Shown: positions 28,740 through 38,646, numbered from the stretch's first letter. The stretch is DNA of 64,000 nt from Candidatus Thorarchaeota archaeon (GCA_011364905.1 RDNZ01000004.1:1-64000), one strand, 5' to 3'. The notes: generated by a model not told the origin, from the sequence alone. Program-made: numbers and translations.

Positions 28740-29384
28740 TCACAACTTAACAGCTATTGTACACCCTTCTCCGATTGGCAGAATAGTGCTTTCAACATAG
28801 TAATCCAGAAGGTTTCTGTTGAACTTGTCAATTGCTCTGTCACCCTCAGTCCATTCATTTGGAGGTCTAATTATAGGAAACAACGTGTCATCAACGAGAA
28901 AGAGGCCACCCGGTCTCAACACACGTATGCAATCTTCAAGCATCACTGGGTAGAGTGTTTTTGTAGAGTCTTGGAAAACAACATCGAATGACTCTGAGTC
29001 CATCTCACAGATGACATCCTTTGCATCGCCAATGATAATCTCAATGCTGCCCGATACTCCTTCTCGCTCGAATGCTCTACGCGCGTCAGCTACTATACTT
29101 TCATCAATCTCAATAGTTGTCACTGTACCACCAAACCGCTTTGCTACAAGAGCAAGATGAGTTGTTGAGAAACCTATACTCATACCTATCTCGAGCACTC
29201 TCTTTGGTCTCACGAGATTCAGAAGTAGTGAGAACAACCTAGCCATCTCATCCTCAATTGGTGGTCCGAAACTCACGAGTCCAGTAGCCTTGATGTATTC
29301 TTCAAGTTTCGGTCTGTCGGTGTCCTTGTATATCTCTTCGATATAGTCCCATGCGTTCTGACAATCAAAAGGCACTTCGGTCAT
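28740..29384 (-). CDS. Class I SAM O-methyltransferase (CCoAOMT/YrrM-like)
   Basis: Motifs RVLEIGMSIGFST, FDVVFQD, LRPGGLFLVDD and LPIGEG. Confidence 0.88.
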   Translation of the reverse strand: MTEVPFDCQNAWDYIEEIYKDTDRPKLEEYIKATGLVSFGPPIEDEMARLFSLLLNLVRPKRVLEIGMSIGFSTTHLALVAKRFGGTVTTIEIDESIVADARRAFEREGVSGSIEIIIGDAKDVICEMDSESFDVVFQDSTKTLYPVMLEDCIRVLRPGGLFLVDDTLFPIIRPPNEWTEGDRAIDKFNRNLLDYYVESTILPIGEGCTIAVKL

Positions 29385-29438
29385 AGATGGACTTTCTATT
29401 TCTCTCTTAAGTGAGTTCAGCTATGTACTGGAAACATC

Positions 29439-31343
29439 CTAGTACAACTGACCGCTGTTTGATGCTCTCCGTCGCATAATCAAACCTAACACAATAAGGA
29501 GGATTACTCCAGTTGTGACTCCTCCAGAGATATATACTATCCACAAAGGAAATCCTCCTTCAGTTGTGGGAGTTGTGTTTGACGTTGATGGTTCTGTAGT
29601 AGTTGATAGTGTTCTATCTGGTGCATAATAGAAGTTTGGATTGTAGTTCAGCTCATAAGAAACTCCTTCTTCGAAGTCAGCAAACAAGAAGGGTCCTGAG
29701 GTCACAAGAGGGTCAGTGGAGTTGAATACGGGATTCCATGAACTCCATCCCTCGGCGCCAATTCCAGTCTCATCATTGAAAACATGCTTAGGAATGATCC
29801 AAGTATATGCGAATTCCTGGAAATTCCAGTATGACTCCTTTGAATACTCAAACACAACTTGAAATGGGGTCGGGCTCCAGACTCCAAACATCTCAGTGTT
29901 GGGGAAAAACAGAGTCTGATTCACATCAAGCATGTAGTTGAAGGTGAAAGCAACGTCCTCTGCGGTGAGAGATGTTCCATCGTTCCATGTGGCATTATGG
30001 ATTATATTAACTATGTACCGGATATGGCCTGCAGGAACACTTGGGTTACTATCATTAGTTTCTATGCTAAAAGAATCCGCTAAGTCTTTCACTGGATTTC
30101 TATCAGGACCATAGTCGTAGAGCGATGAATACATTTCATCTAGCATAGCCCGTGTATACTTCGAGTCAGAAACGAAAATGTTGAATGTGTCAGGTGGCTG
30201 ATCGATTGCGACAATCACAGTTCCTCCATACTGCCCATCGATTCTGTGAATATTTCGCATAGTCCATGGTCCTGTGATGTCTCCAATTGTGTCAGGGACC
30301 CAACCTGCAAACACATCGGTTTTATACCCTTGTAGGTAGACATCCGTGTAGACTACCAGCCGTGGTACATTGTATTGTAGGATTCTCTGCATTTTCGCTG
30401 CTGCTTCGAACACTTCCTCGTATGTCTTACCATTGAGAAGTTGATCACACCAGCTATCAAACGTTGCGTTACTGAACTTTCCGGGATTCTGAAATGGACC
30501 ATCTCCAAACTCACTCCCAAATTCATAGGCAAGCCATCGAATATCGGAATCGTTGTGAAGAAATCCGTAAAAGAAGATATCAAAATCACCTTGTGTGACT
30601 ACCCTATTGATAACGTCTTCATAATTTATTTCGGCCCACGTTGCATTGATATGCAAAGAATGAAGCGCATCAACTCCAACCTCGGTGACAACCCCCAAAA
30701 CCGTACAACCTGGTAAGCTCTCAATCACAATATCAAATGGTGTTCCATCTGGTGCTAACCTATATCCTGTATCAGGATCAATGCTAAAGTTCAGACTGTC
30801 AAGAATCTGGTTACCAATGTCTGACTGGTTAGTGTAGTAATGCCAGTCAAAATCCTCCTCAATACACCAATCACTAACTACTGGAACAAGAGAATCAGAT
30901 ACAATACAATATCCTTGAAATGCTTCCGATTTTACCCTTGTTTTATCATAAGCAAAGGCAAATGCTCGACGGAATCCACTGATGTTCAACGGATACCTAT
31001 CACAATTAATTGTAAGCTGGCCGTAACCATTTTCCGGTATATTATGAACAGTGATCTCCGAACCAAACTGAAGGACTGATTGCGGTAATGGGGGGATATA
31101 GTCTAAGTCCATATCAAACTCATCATCCTGAAGCGCCAATATCCGCAGGTCTGCACCGTTTATTACTTTGTAGACAACATGGTCGATGTATGGACCAATC
31201 CTTAGTGATGCGTTGCTATCCCCTTGTGCAACGACTAGTGGGGCACCTGTTACTGGCAGCATCAGAGCTACAAGAACTAGTGCTGCAGCTATCTTCTTGC
31301 TCACCCCTACTCGCCCGATAAGATGTTTAGATGAATCTCTCAT
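29439..31343 (-). CDS. Family 5 (peptide/nickel) ABC solute-binding protein, circularly permuted, C-terminal TM anchor
   Basis: FRRAFAFAYDK occurs before GGTVIVA..PDTFN, TWNDG..LTAEDVAFT and TSGPF. Ends with a Thr linker, TM and RRR. Confidence 0.88.
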   Translation of the reverse strand: MRDSSKHLIGRVGVSKKIAAALVLVALMLPVTGAPLVVAQGDSNASLRIGPYIDHVVYKVINGADLRILALQDDEFDMDLDYIPPLPQSVLQFGSEITVHNIPENGYGQLTINCDRYPLNISGFRRAFAFAYDKTRVKSEAFQGYCIVSDSLVPVVSDWCIEEDFDWHYYTNQSDIGNQILDSLNFSIDPDTGYRLAPDGTPFDIVIESLPGCTVLGVVTEVGVDALHSLHINATWAEINYEDVINRVVTQGDFDIFFYGFLHNDSDIRWLAYEFGSEFGDGPFQNPGKFSNATFDSWCDQLLNGKTYEEVFEAAAKMQRILQYNVPRLVVYTDVYLQGYKTDVFAGWVPDTIGDITGPWTMRNIHRIDGQYGGTVIVAIDQPPDTFNIFVSDSKYTRAMLDEMYSSLYDYGPDRNPVKDLADSFSIETNDSNPSVPAGHIRYIVNIIHNATWNDGTSLTAEDVAFTFNYMLDVNQTLFFPNTEMFGVWSPTPFQVVFEYSKESYWNFQEFAYTWIIPKHVFNDETGIGAEGWSSWNPVFNSTDPLVTSGPFLFADFEEGVSYELNYNPNFYYAPDRTLSTTTEPSTSNTTPTTEGGFPLWIVYISGGVTTGVILLIVLGLIMRRRASNSGQLY

Positions 31344-31702
31344 CTTTCAGATTTATCTCTTTTGCATTTCTAAAATCGCAATAACTGAGTGAAGCGCGCC
31401 TTCTGCTTTCGATTTGTCGACCGACGTCTCGGATTTTGCTGAGTTCACTTGACTAATTCAGTATCATAACAGGAGTGATAACCATTTTCTAATATGATTG
31501 GGGATTCTTCAACGCAATAATGGAATAATAAGAAATCATAGAACTTTAAAACTAGAAAAAAGGTCAATCAACGTGATTTATTCATAGAAAATATGCGCGG
31601 ATTCAATACGCACACGGTATATAACGGCTTCCGGAGCAATCGTTAATGGTTGTTCAACTCTGACAACCAGTTCGCACTGTCCGCCGGGAGGACACAGCAC
31701 AC

Positions 31703-32218
31703 ATGATACGAAGAGACGAGTCGTCTGACTCAACGCCAGCAATGGCATCGACAGCAAAGACATCGAGTGTGATATACGAAGCAGACCTCAGAAGGCGAAT
31801 AGCTACTTTTCCGAAAGATGTACTTGCTTGGTTTGCGTTGGGAAAATATCTCCGATCAGTCGGTAGGCTTGTGGAGGCCGAGGAGGCACTCCGGAAAGCT
31901 GTTACCATTAATCCAGGGCCTCCTCCTTTTTGGGAGGAGCTCGCTTTGACTCTTGTCGATTTGGGACGACTTGACGAGGCTTACACGATCTGCGACCAAA
32001 ACCTACGACGAAATACTGACTCTATTCAGAAGAGAGTAGCTGAACTCAGAAAGCTCGAGAGGTCTGCTGACTCACAATACCCACAAGAGACCTCTCCCTG
32101 CGTGGCGTGCCCGGAGTACACTTACTATGGATGTTCTAGGAGTACAGACTGTGACGCTATTGTCCGATGGCGTTCAGCCATGGCGAATGTCATGCCAACA
32201 TCGAGAAACCGATCCTGA
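31703..32218 (+). CDS. TPR protein with C-terminal 4-Cys cluster
   Basis: TPR motif AWFALGKYL...AEEALRKAVTINP and CVAC-x7-C-x5-C. Confidence 0.75.
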   Translation: MIRRDESSDSTPAMASTAKTSSVIYEADLRRRIATFPKDVLAWFALGKYLRSVGRLVEAEEALRKAVTINPGPPPFWEELALTLVDLGRLDEAYTICDQNLRRNTDSIQKRVAELRKLERSADSQYPQETSPCVACPEYTYYGCSRSTDCDAIVRWRSAMANVMPTSRNRS

Positions 32219-32304
32219 TGCCTTAGTTTGTATTGTTTGTACCTTCCGAATCACTGATTTGTGTTAGTCTTATCTAGGTGGCTGAACACATACAAGGTTG
32301 ATGT

Positions 32305-34119
32305 TTGATGGTTGATCTCAAGTCCTTGGTGCAAGACCTTCCCGAATCTCCAGGTGTCTATCTCTGGAAGAACGAGAAAGGCAAGATCCTATACATAGGG
32401 AAAGCCAAGCACCTGAGAAGACGTGTTGGTTCCTATCTTAGGAAGAGAGGGCTCTTTCGCCGGACTTGGGACATGATGCAAGAGGCAAGAGACCTAGAGA
32501 CCATCCTCACGAATACAGAGCGAGAGGCTCTTGTTTTGGAGCAGACCCTGATCAAGAAACATCAACCCAAGTATAATATTGCACTGAAGGACGATAGGCG
32601 CCATGCTTGGGTACGAGTGGATCTTTCAAGAGCAATCCCCTCCTTTGAGATTACCCGCGAAGCTCGGAAAGATGGGGCGAACTATTACGGGCCCTATGGC
32701 AGTACAAAGCGCCTAGAACGATTCCTTGACACAATTAGAAAATCAATCCCCATTGCCATGTGCAAGGATCCCACCAAAGTAAAACGAGAATGTATGGACT
32801 ATCACCTCGACAGATGTTCAGGACCTTGCAAGGAGCATATTCCATTAGAGGAGTATCGGTCGCTTGTCGAGCAAATGTGTTACTATCTCGAGGGACGACC
32901 CGAGGACCTCGTACGAATTCTCCAAAGTCAGATGAAAGAGGCATCTGCTGATATGCAATATGAGAAGGCTGCAGAACTCAGGGACCGTTTGACAGATTTG
33001 GAGATTCTAATGAGCCGTCAGAAGATTGTCGAATTCACCGGAGCTAATAGAGATGTCATTGGGATTTCACGAACAGAGCAAGCAGCGCTCATTGAGATGT
33101 TGATAATCCGAAATGGAAGAATGATTGGTCACGACAACTTCTACTTCGAGGTGGATTTGGACACAACAGATGTGGAGGTCTTAACAGCCTTCATAGAGCA
33201 GTTTTACTTCACTATTCCTCGTCTGCCTGATGAGATTATTCTTCCCTCCGAAATTCCTGATGCTGAACAACTTGGAATCTGGCTAAGTGAAGCCAATGGT
33301 CATCCTGTTAGGATTATCCTCGCAGATGATGATAGAGGTGAGGATCTCGTCGAGATGGCCAACAAGAATGCTCACAGAGCACTTCGAAAGATGTTGATTC
33401 TTGGCGAGAGCGACGATGAGATTGTACATGATGGCGTGAAGGAACTGAAGGAAGCCCTTGGGCTGACTCAAGCTCCTATGCGGATAGAAGGTTTCGATAT
33501 TGCAAATATCCAGGGTACTGACCCAACTGGCTCTTGTGTGGTATTCAAAAACGGAGAGCCATATAACAAACGATATCGAATGTTTAAGGTTCGTGGGAAA
33601 GAAACTCCTGACGACTATGCAATGATGCGCGAGGTTGTCTACCGGCGATACTTTGGAGTACTCGAGCGAAAAGATGTTCTCCCAGACTTGATACTTGTCG
33701 ACGGAGGAAAGGGACAGCTCAAAATGGCACTTGAGGCACTTGAAGAGCTTGGGTTGGATTATGTACCAGTTGCGGCCCTTGCTAAAAAGGAGGAAAAATT
33801 GTACACTCGAGATAATCCCGATGGAATCAACCTTGACATCCATTCTGAGGGACTTCACTTGGTGCAAAGAATTCGTGATGAGGCGCACAGGTTTGCTCAA
33901 AGGTATCATCACAAACTCAGAGAAAAGCGATTTACTGGGTCCATCCTTGAGGACGCGCCTGGAATTGGTCCAAAGAGGAGGTCAGCTCTTTTACAGGAGT
34001 TTGGGAGTTTTGACAAAGTCAAAGATGCTACGGTGGAGCAACTGGCTCAAGTAGATGGAATGTCAGAGAAAACAGCTCGAACCCTCAGAGAGTGGCTGGA
34101 TAGTGAAGACTTGGAATAG
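32305..34119 (+). CDS. uvrC: Excinuclease ABC subunit C
   Basis: GIY-YIG PGVYL..YIGKAK, Cys cluster, RIEGFDI, DDYAMM, DGGKGQL, RDEAHRFA and HhH PGIGPKR. Confidence 0.98.
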   Translation: MMVDLKSLVQDLPESPGVYLWKNEKGKILYIGKAKHLRRRVGSYLRKRGLFRRTWDMMQEARDLETILTNTEREALVLEQTLIKKHQPKYNIALKDDRRHAWVRVDLSRAIPSFEITREARKDGANYYGPYGSTKRLERFLDTIRKSIPIAMCKDPTKVKRECMDYHLDRCSGPCKEHIPLEEYRSLVEQMCYYLEGRPEDLVRILQSQMKEASADMQYEKAAELRDRLTDLEILMSRQKIVEFTGANRDVIGISRTEQAALIEMLIIRNGRMIGHDNFYFEVDLDTTDVEVLTAFIEQFYFTIPRLPDEIILPSEIPDAEQLGIWLSEANGHPVRIILADDDRGEDLVEMANKNAHRALRKMLILGESDDEIVHDGVKELKEALGLTQAPMRIEGFDIANIQGTDPTGSCVVFKNGEPYNKRYRMFKVRGKETPDDYAMMREVVYRRYFGVLERKDVLPDLILVDGGKGQLKMALEALEELGLDYVPVAALAKKEEKLYTRDNPDGINLDIHSEGLHLVQRIRDEAHRFAQRYHHKLREKRFTGSILEDAPGIGPKRRSALLQEFGSFDKVKDATVEQLAQVDGMSEKTARTLREWLDSEDLE

Positions 34120-34211
34120 TGTTTTTGGGTGTCCGACAGAATGATATATTTGATTGATATTATTCTATTCAAAGATAATCATAGTGACCCATCTGAAGGG
34201 GATCATTAGAT

Positions 34212-34451
34212 ATGCCTGTCAAAGTCTTCCTTGCAGTAAAGACCAAACCCGGTAAATCAAAAGAGGTCCAAAAAAGTGTGCGTGCTATTGACGAGGTGAC
34301 ACTAGCATGTTCTGTCGCAGATGGGATATATGATGTGGTTGCTATTGTTGAGGTACCATCACTCGATGAGTATCGGACCTTCTCCATTGACAAGGTGAGC
34401 GGCGTTCCTAACATCCTTGATTATACATCTTTTATCGTCATGGACCAGTAA
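34212..34451 (+). CDS. Stand-alone Lrp/AsnC ligand-binding (RAM) domain protein
   Basis: Motifs VKTKPGK, GIYDVVAIVEV and YTSFIV. No HTH. Confidence 0.85.
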   Translation: MPVKVFLAVKTKPGKSKEVQKSVRAIDEVTLACSVADGIYDVVAIVEVPSLDEYRTFSIDKVSGVPNILDYTSFIVMDQ

Positions 34452-34503
34452 TCTCATGATTCTCGCCAGTAGAATCAACTCATGTTTATTCTCGAATCCA
34501 TAT

Positions 34504-34518
34504 CCTGAAGTTTAAATG
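34504..34518 (+). promoter_or_regulatory. BRE/TATA promoter of ferredoxin 1
   Basis: cctgaagTTTAAAtg; the identical 15-mer occurs at 34914. Confidence 0.7.
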
Positions 34519-34578
34519 GGGCTGCTATTCGAAAACCGGCGTTGGGCTAAGATAAAGTCCAAGGACAAAGTGGTCATA

Positions 34579-34758
34579 ATGATCTGGAAAGTCAACGATA
34601 ACTGTACTGCTTGTGGTACCTGTGCAGATGTTTGTCCGGTTGATCCTACCCTATATGTGATTAAGGATAAAGCTGAGTATCAGATAGACCGGGCAGACGA
34701 GTGCACTGAGTGCTATGCCTGTGTTGATAGTTGCCCCGAAGGTGCTATCGAGGAGTAG
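34579..34758 (+). CDS. 2[4Fe-4S] ferredoxin
   Basis: Motifs CTACGTCADVCP and CTECYACVDSCP. Start set by alignment with the paralogue. Confidence 0.95.
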   Translation: MIWKVNDNCTACGTCADVCPVDPTLYVIKDKAEYQIDRADECTECYACVDSCPEGAIEE

Positions 34759-34913
34759 AACTCAAGCGATAACGACCCAAACTTATGATGTGGGTGAGGG
34801 GCGCGATTGAAAATGGCTAAGACAGAGCACCGTCTTCTATTCTATCAGTCGTTTTTAAAATCCTTTTGAAAATTTCTACAGGAATGGGCGTTTCTTGTTT
34901 TTTTGTACATAAC

Positions 34914-34928
34914 CCTGAAGTTTAAATG
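34914..34928 (+). promoter_or_regulatory. BRE/TATA promoter of ferredoxin 2
   Basis: cctgaagTTTAAAtg duplicate. Confidence 0.7.
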
Positions 34929-34991
34929 CTGAAATGAGCCGCACCACAAATGCAGGACTCGATATAGAGTCTTAAGAAGAAGTGATTCAGA

Positions 34992-35174
34992 ATGATTTGG
35001 AAGATAACTGACGCTTGTACTGGAGAAGGAACCTGTGCCGATGTCTGTCCCGTTGATCCAACACTATTTGTTATTGAAAACGACAAAGCCATCTATCAGG
35101 TTGATCGTGAAGACGAGTGCACTGAGTGCTATGCCTGTGTTGATAGTTGCCCCGAAGGCGCAATCGAGGAGTAG
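34992..35174 (+). CDS. Dicluster ferredoxin paralogue with CxxExxC first motif
   Basis: Motifs CTGEGTCADVCP and CTECYACVDSCP. Confidence 0.93.
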   Translation: MIWKITDACTGEGTCADVCPVDPTLFVIENDKAIYQVDREDECTECYACVDSCPEGAIEE

Positions 35175-35223
35175 TACTCTATCTTTAACAACCCGAACTC
35201 ACGATGTGAGTGAGGGGTGGTCC

Positions 35224-35275
35224 GACAGGAGTACTCCAAGTGGGTGCTCCTGTCAGCGATATTCTTTCTTTTTGC
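35224..35275 (+). terminator. Stem-loop plus T-tract
   Basis: gacaggagtactc-caagt-gggtgctcctgtc, then ttctttctttttt. Confidence 0.65.
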
Positions 35276-35291
35276 TTCAGCACATTGAATT

Positions 35292-35567
35292 CTAATCAGC
35301 TCTGTGTCCTCGAGACTTTATTTTCGTGGGTTCCCCCAAAACTGAGTTGAACTTCTCCAAAAGCGAATCATCTGTTAGTACAACCATCACCTTAATGGCT
35401 TCTTTTTCCAGACTTATTCCAATGGATTCGATTCCATTCTCTTCATCTCGCATGTGAATGAAGTCTTCGTTATAGCTATATCCTAGTCCAAATGTTGTTT
35501 CTAGTTTCTTTAGAATCTCTTCACGTTGATTGGGCTTGAATTCATAGAATGCCTTGGTGCGCCGCAT
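35292..35567 (-). CDS. Hypothetical protein
   Basis: 91-aa ORF with SD-like GGAGG upstream. Confidence 0.7.
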   Translation of the reverse strand: MRRTKAFYEFKPNQREEILKKLETTFGLGYSYNEDFIHMRDEENGIESIGISLEKEAIKVMVVLTDDSLLEKFNSVLGEPTKIKSRGHRAD

Positions 35568-35646
35568 TTAGGTTCCTCCAACTTTATCATCTATCAAACA
35601 ACTCATAAGTCATAGTGTTGCACCTGCAGCCATTGGAGAGTGAGAA

Positions 35647-37299
35647 TTGTTGCGTCGCTATGCAGTTCTTATACTATTGACAGTGCTTTTAATGCCAAAC
35701 TTCTCATTTGCTTATTCCGGTGAACCGTCCAAGCAGTATGAACCTGCTCAGTTCACTTTGCAGACTTTTAACCGGAATATGAATGTCACGACTTTTGTTG
35801 GGCCTGATTATGGAAACGAAACTATAACCCGATTCTTGAAAGGAGCAAAAGAGAGTATCTATGTCGAAATATACCAATTCACCAGCCCTGGCTTCTTGAA
35901 TTTGATTGAAGAACTCCACAACGATAACCCATCACTAGACATCAGGGTCATGATCAGCGAACATGTCGTTAGTGAGGGTCAATACAATACATACACAATG
36001 TGGTATCTCACACAACTTGGCATTCCAGTACGCTGGACCTCAGACACATTCACTTTCTCTCATCAGAAATTTGTGATTATAGATAATATCACAACAATTG
36101 TCCAGTCTGGTAACTGGGCCAAGTTGAGTTTTCCACTAAATGATTGGCAATCTGGTTCTTCCGGGGGTTTCACTCAGAAGAATTACATTGGAAACCGAGA
36201 GTTCAACATTGCAATGACTGATGAAGTTGTAACGCAATATTATCGTGATGTGTTTGATCATGACTGGAGTATCGGATCTGATTACAATGAAGGGATAGAT
36301 GGGACAGGTACTCCGTTAGTTTGGGGTACACTTGATCAATCTTACTATCCTCGGGTTTTCGATTTTGCTGGTGAGTTTTCCGGTCCTATGAATGTAACTC
36401 CGGTATTTAGTCCTGATACTAGTCTTGAAGCGATGAAGTGGGTGATAAACAGTGCACAAGCCACTTTGGATATACAGGTACCTTACGTAAGCAACTCTTC
36501 ATCTGTAGTGAATGATCTGCTTGATACAATTGTTGCAGCAAAGCATCGAGGTGTCACTATCAGAATCATTATGGCAACGGAAATTCAGAATGATAATGAA
36601 GAAGTAGCTCTAGCTTTTGCTAAAGAAAATATCCCCGTTTTTTGGATCCGCCAACGGTTCATGTATCTCCACAATAAAGCTTTCATAGCTGATGGTAGAA
36701 TAGTTTTGATTTGCAGTATTAATTGGAGTGAGGAGAGCATTTCAGAGAATCGTGAAGCCGGTGTTGTCATAGAACATGATGGGGTTGGTGCATGGTATCA
36801 GACTGTGTTTGATTATGACTGGGGACTTGCAGAATATGATACTCCTGATTATGTGAATGTTGGCTGGTTCCCTCATATCCCCACAAGCTCTTCAGTCATC
36901 AATGTGACAGTTTATGCTCATGAATACTACAATGACATTGAGGAAGTCAAACTTGGAGTTATGATAAACGATGGAGCCTGGACAAATCATACAATCACTT
37001 CTAACGTCTATACCTCATCTGAACTTCACCCTGAGAACTTCTATTATGAAATTGATCCTCAGCCGAATGGGACAAACATTACCGTGATAGCATATGTCAC
37101 ATCGCTAGGAGTTGAATCAAAAGGACTCGAGATGGTGATTCCAGTTCGTGATTCCATTGGTTCAATTGTTACAACATCAACAACCACGACAACTCCAAAT
37201 GGTGGCGATATTGCCGCATTGATAGCTGAACTATTGCCATACATTGCAGTAGCACTGGTTGCTGTAGTTGCAGCAGCGTGCTTCAAAAAACGCAAGTAA
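35647..37299 (+). CDS. Secreted, membrane-anchored phospholipase D-family protein
   Basis: Two HKD motifs (HQKFVIID, HNKAFIAD), NREAG, signal peptide, Thr linker, TM and KKRK. Confidence 0.9.
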   Translation: MLRRYAVLILLTVLLMPNFSFAYSGEPSKQYEPAQFTLQTFNRNMNVTTFVGPDYGNETITRFLKGAKESIYVEIYQFTSPGFLNLIEELHNDNPSLDIRVMISEHVVSEGQYNTYTMWYLTQLGIPVRWTSDTFTFSHQKFVIIDNITTIVQSGNWAKLSFPLNDWQSGSSGGFTQKNYIGNREFNIAMTDEVVTQYYRDVFDHDWSIGSDYNEGIDGTGTPLVWGTLDQSYYPRVFDFAGEFSGPMNVTPVFSPDTSLEAMKWVINSAQATLDIQVPYVSNSSSVVNDLLDTIVAAKHRGVTIRIIMATEIQNDNEEVALAFAKENIPVFWIRQRFMYLHNKAFIADGRIVLICSINWSEESISENREAGVVIEHDGVGAWYQTVFDYDWGLAEYDTPDYVNVGWFPHIPTSSSVINVTVYAHEYYNDIEEVKLGVMINDGAWTNHTITSNVYTSSELHPENFYYEIDPQPNGTNITVIAYVTSLGVESKGLEMVIPVRDSIGSIVTTSTTTTTPNGGDIAALIAELLPYIAVALVAVVAAACFKKRK

Positions 37300-37312
37300 A
37301 TCTTGAATTCAT

Positions 37313-37343
37313 AAGGTCCCTCAGGGGGCCTTTCTGATTTTTT
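37313..37343. terminator. Stem-loop between convergent genes
   Basis: aaggtccc-tcag-ggggcctt followed by T-rich sequence. Confidence 0.55.
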
Positions 37344-37361
37344 CCAAAGCCGCTCAGATAT

Positions 37362-37955
37362 CTATTCAGACTTTTCTGCCATTTCTGCGAATTTGAAACA
37401 GCTCTCTGCGTCTTGATTCTCACCACGTTTCTGGTGTAGGCCTCCAGCAATTCGATATGCCCTGGCAACTGCTGCCCAATTCTCCTGTGCATCAAGGCAA
37501 AGAGCGAGAGCCTTCCAGGTCTCAGGATCACATGAGTCGAACGAGATTGCTTTGTTATATGCTTCAACTGCCTCATCGATTCTTAGCATGCTTTCCAAAG
37601 CACGGGCCTTCTTTGCCCAAAGGTCTGAACTATCCGGAGCGTAGCTGAGACCCTCATCTGCGGCTCTACTGGCCTCTTCAAAGAGACCGAGAGTGAGATA
37701 TGCTTCTGCTTTGTTAGAATAGGCCTTGGGATCGAGTTCAGAAATGCTGATAGCTAGATCAAATGCCACAATTGCTTCGTTCTGTTCACCAATATGGATA
37801 TGAGTCAGACCCATCTCATTCAATGCTTCGAGGCTATCAGGGGAGAGCTGTAATGCCTGTCGATAAGCTTCGATTGCCTTCTTGTTCTGACCTTGTTGTC
37901 TAAGAGTCCTAGCTCTGGCTATCCACTGGTCAAAGGTCTGCTCATCTTGTGACAT
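37362..37955 (-). CDS. Tetratricopeptide repeat protein
   Basis: About 5 TPRs (AIEAYRQALQLSPD, AVEAYNKAI). Confidence 0.9.
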   Translation of the reverse strand: MSQDEQTFDQWIARARTLRQQGQNKKAIEAYRQALQLSPDSLEALNEMGLTHIHIGEQNEAIVAFDLAISISELDPKAYSNKAEAYLTLGLFEEASRAADEGLSYAPDSSDLWAKKARALESMLRIDEAVEAYNKAISFDSCDPETWKALALCLDAQENWAAVARAYRIAGGLHQKRGENQDAESCFKFAEMAEKSE

Positions 37956-38091
37956 ATCTAGCTTTCAACGCTTTCTAGTTTTAATCATATTTCTGTCGGA
38001 TGTTCGAGATTATAGCTAATTCGTAACAGACGTAAGGATTTTAACAGGGCCGCTCACTCTCCAGTCCATCTGTTATCTAGAGGAAACACGG

Positions 38092-38646
38092 ATGAATCGT
38101 GATGATGATACGTTCTATGAGGACGATGAATACGAAGAAGAGGAAGAGGAAGACGAATTTCCTGACGAAGAATACGAGGAAGATGAAGAGGACGATTACG
38201 ATTCCTTGGAACTCCTTGATGAACCACATGAACCAAGACTGGCAAAATTCGTTGAAGACCCATGGCCGCCAACAACTTTCACCCTAGTAATCATTGGTCT
38301 TGCCATTGTTCTTCTGACACCTCCTAGCTTTTGGGCTCTCTGGAACTACTTCATCATCGCTAACTATTTCATGATTATTATAGGCGGTGTTGCCATAGCC
38401 TACTCACTCGTGACTTGGAATCGAGCGGGAAAACACAGGTTAAGATGGGCAGCTGTTGTAAATCTGATACTGATTATTGCGGTCGTCGTAGTCGGCACGC
38501 TTGACACCTTCAGTTGGATAATAAGTCTACATTCAATCTTTCCAGGAGTTGATACGCCTATTCTCAGCTTGGCACTTGTCCTCGCTATCTTCTCAATCTA
38601 CTCTCTTTGGGTAATCCAAAGAAACTTTGCACCACCAAAGCGGTAG
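38092..38646 (+). CDS. 4-TM membrane protein with highly acidic N-terminus
   Basis: About 40-aa D/E tract followed by four hydrophobic helices. Confidence 0.8.
   Translation: MNRDDDTFYEDDEYEEEEEEDEFPDEEYEEDEEDDYDSLELLDEPHEPRLAKFVEDPWPPTTFTLVIIGLAIVLLTPPSFWALWNYFIIANYFMIIIGGVAIAYSLVTWNRAGKHRLRWAAVVNLILIIAVVVVGTLDTFSWIISLHSIFPGVDTPILSLALVLAIFSIYSLWVIQRNFAPPKR

Noticed and set aside
34756-35213. TAG read-through (pyrrolysine) or SECIS function for the ferredoxin 3' elements
   Set aside because: Both ferredoxins are complete at the TAG, have no internal UGA, and the extensions are short and dissimilar at protein level.
38092-38220. GAR/GAY-rich low-complexity tract as a DNA repeat
   Set aside because: It simply encodes the acidic N-terminus of a membrane protein.
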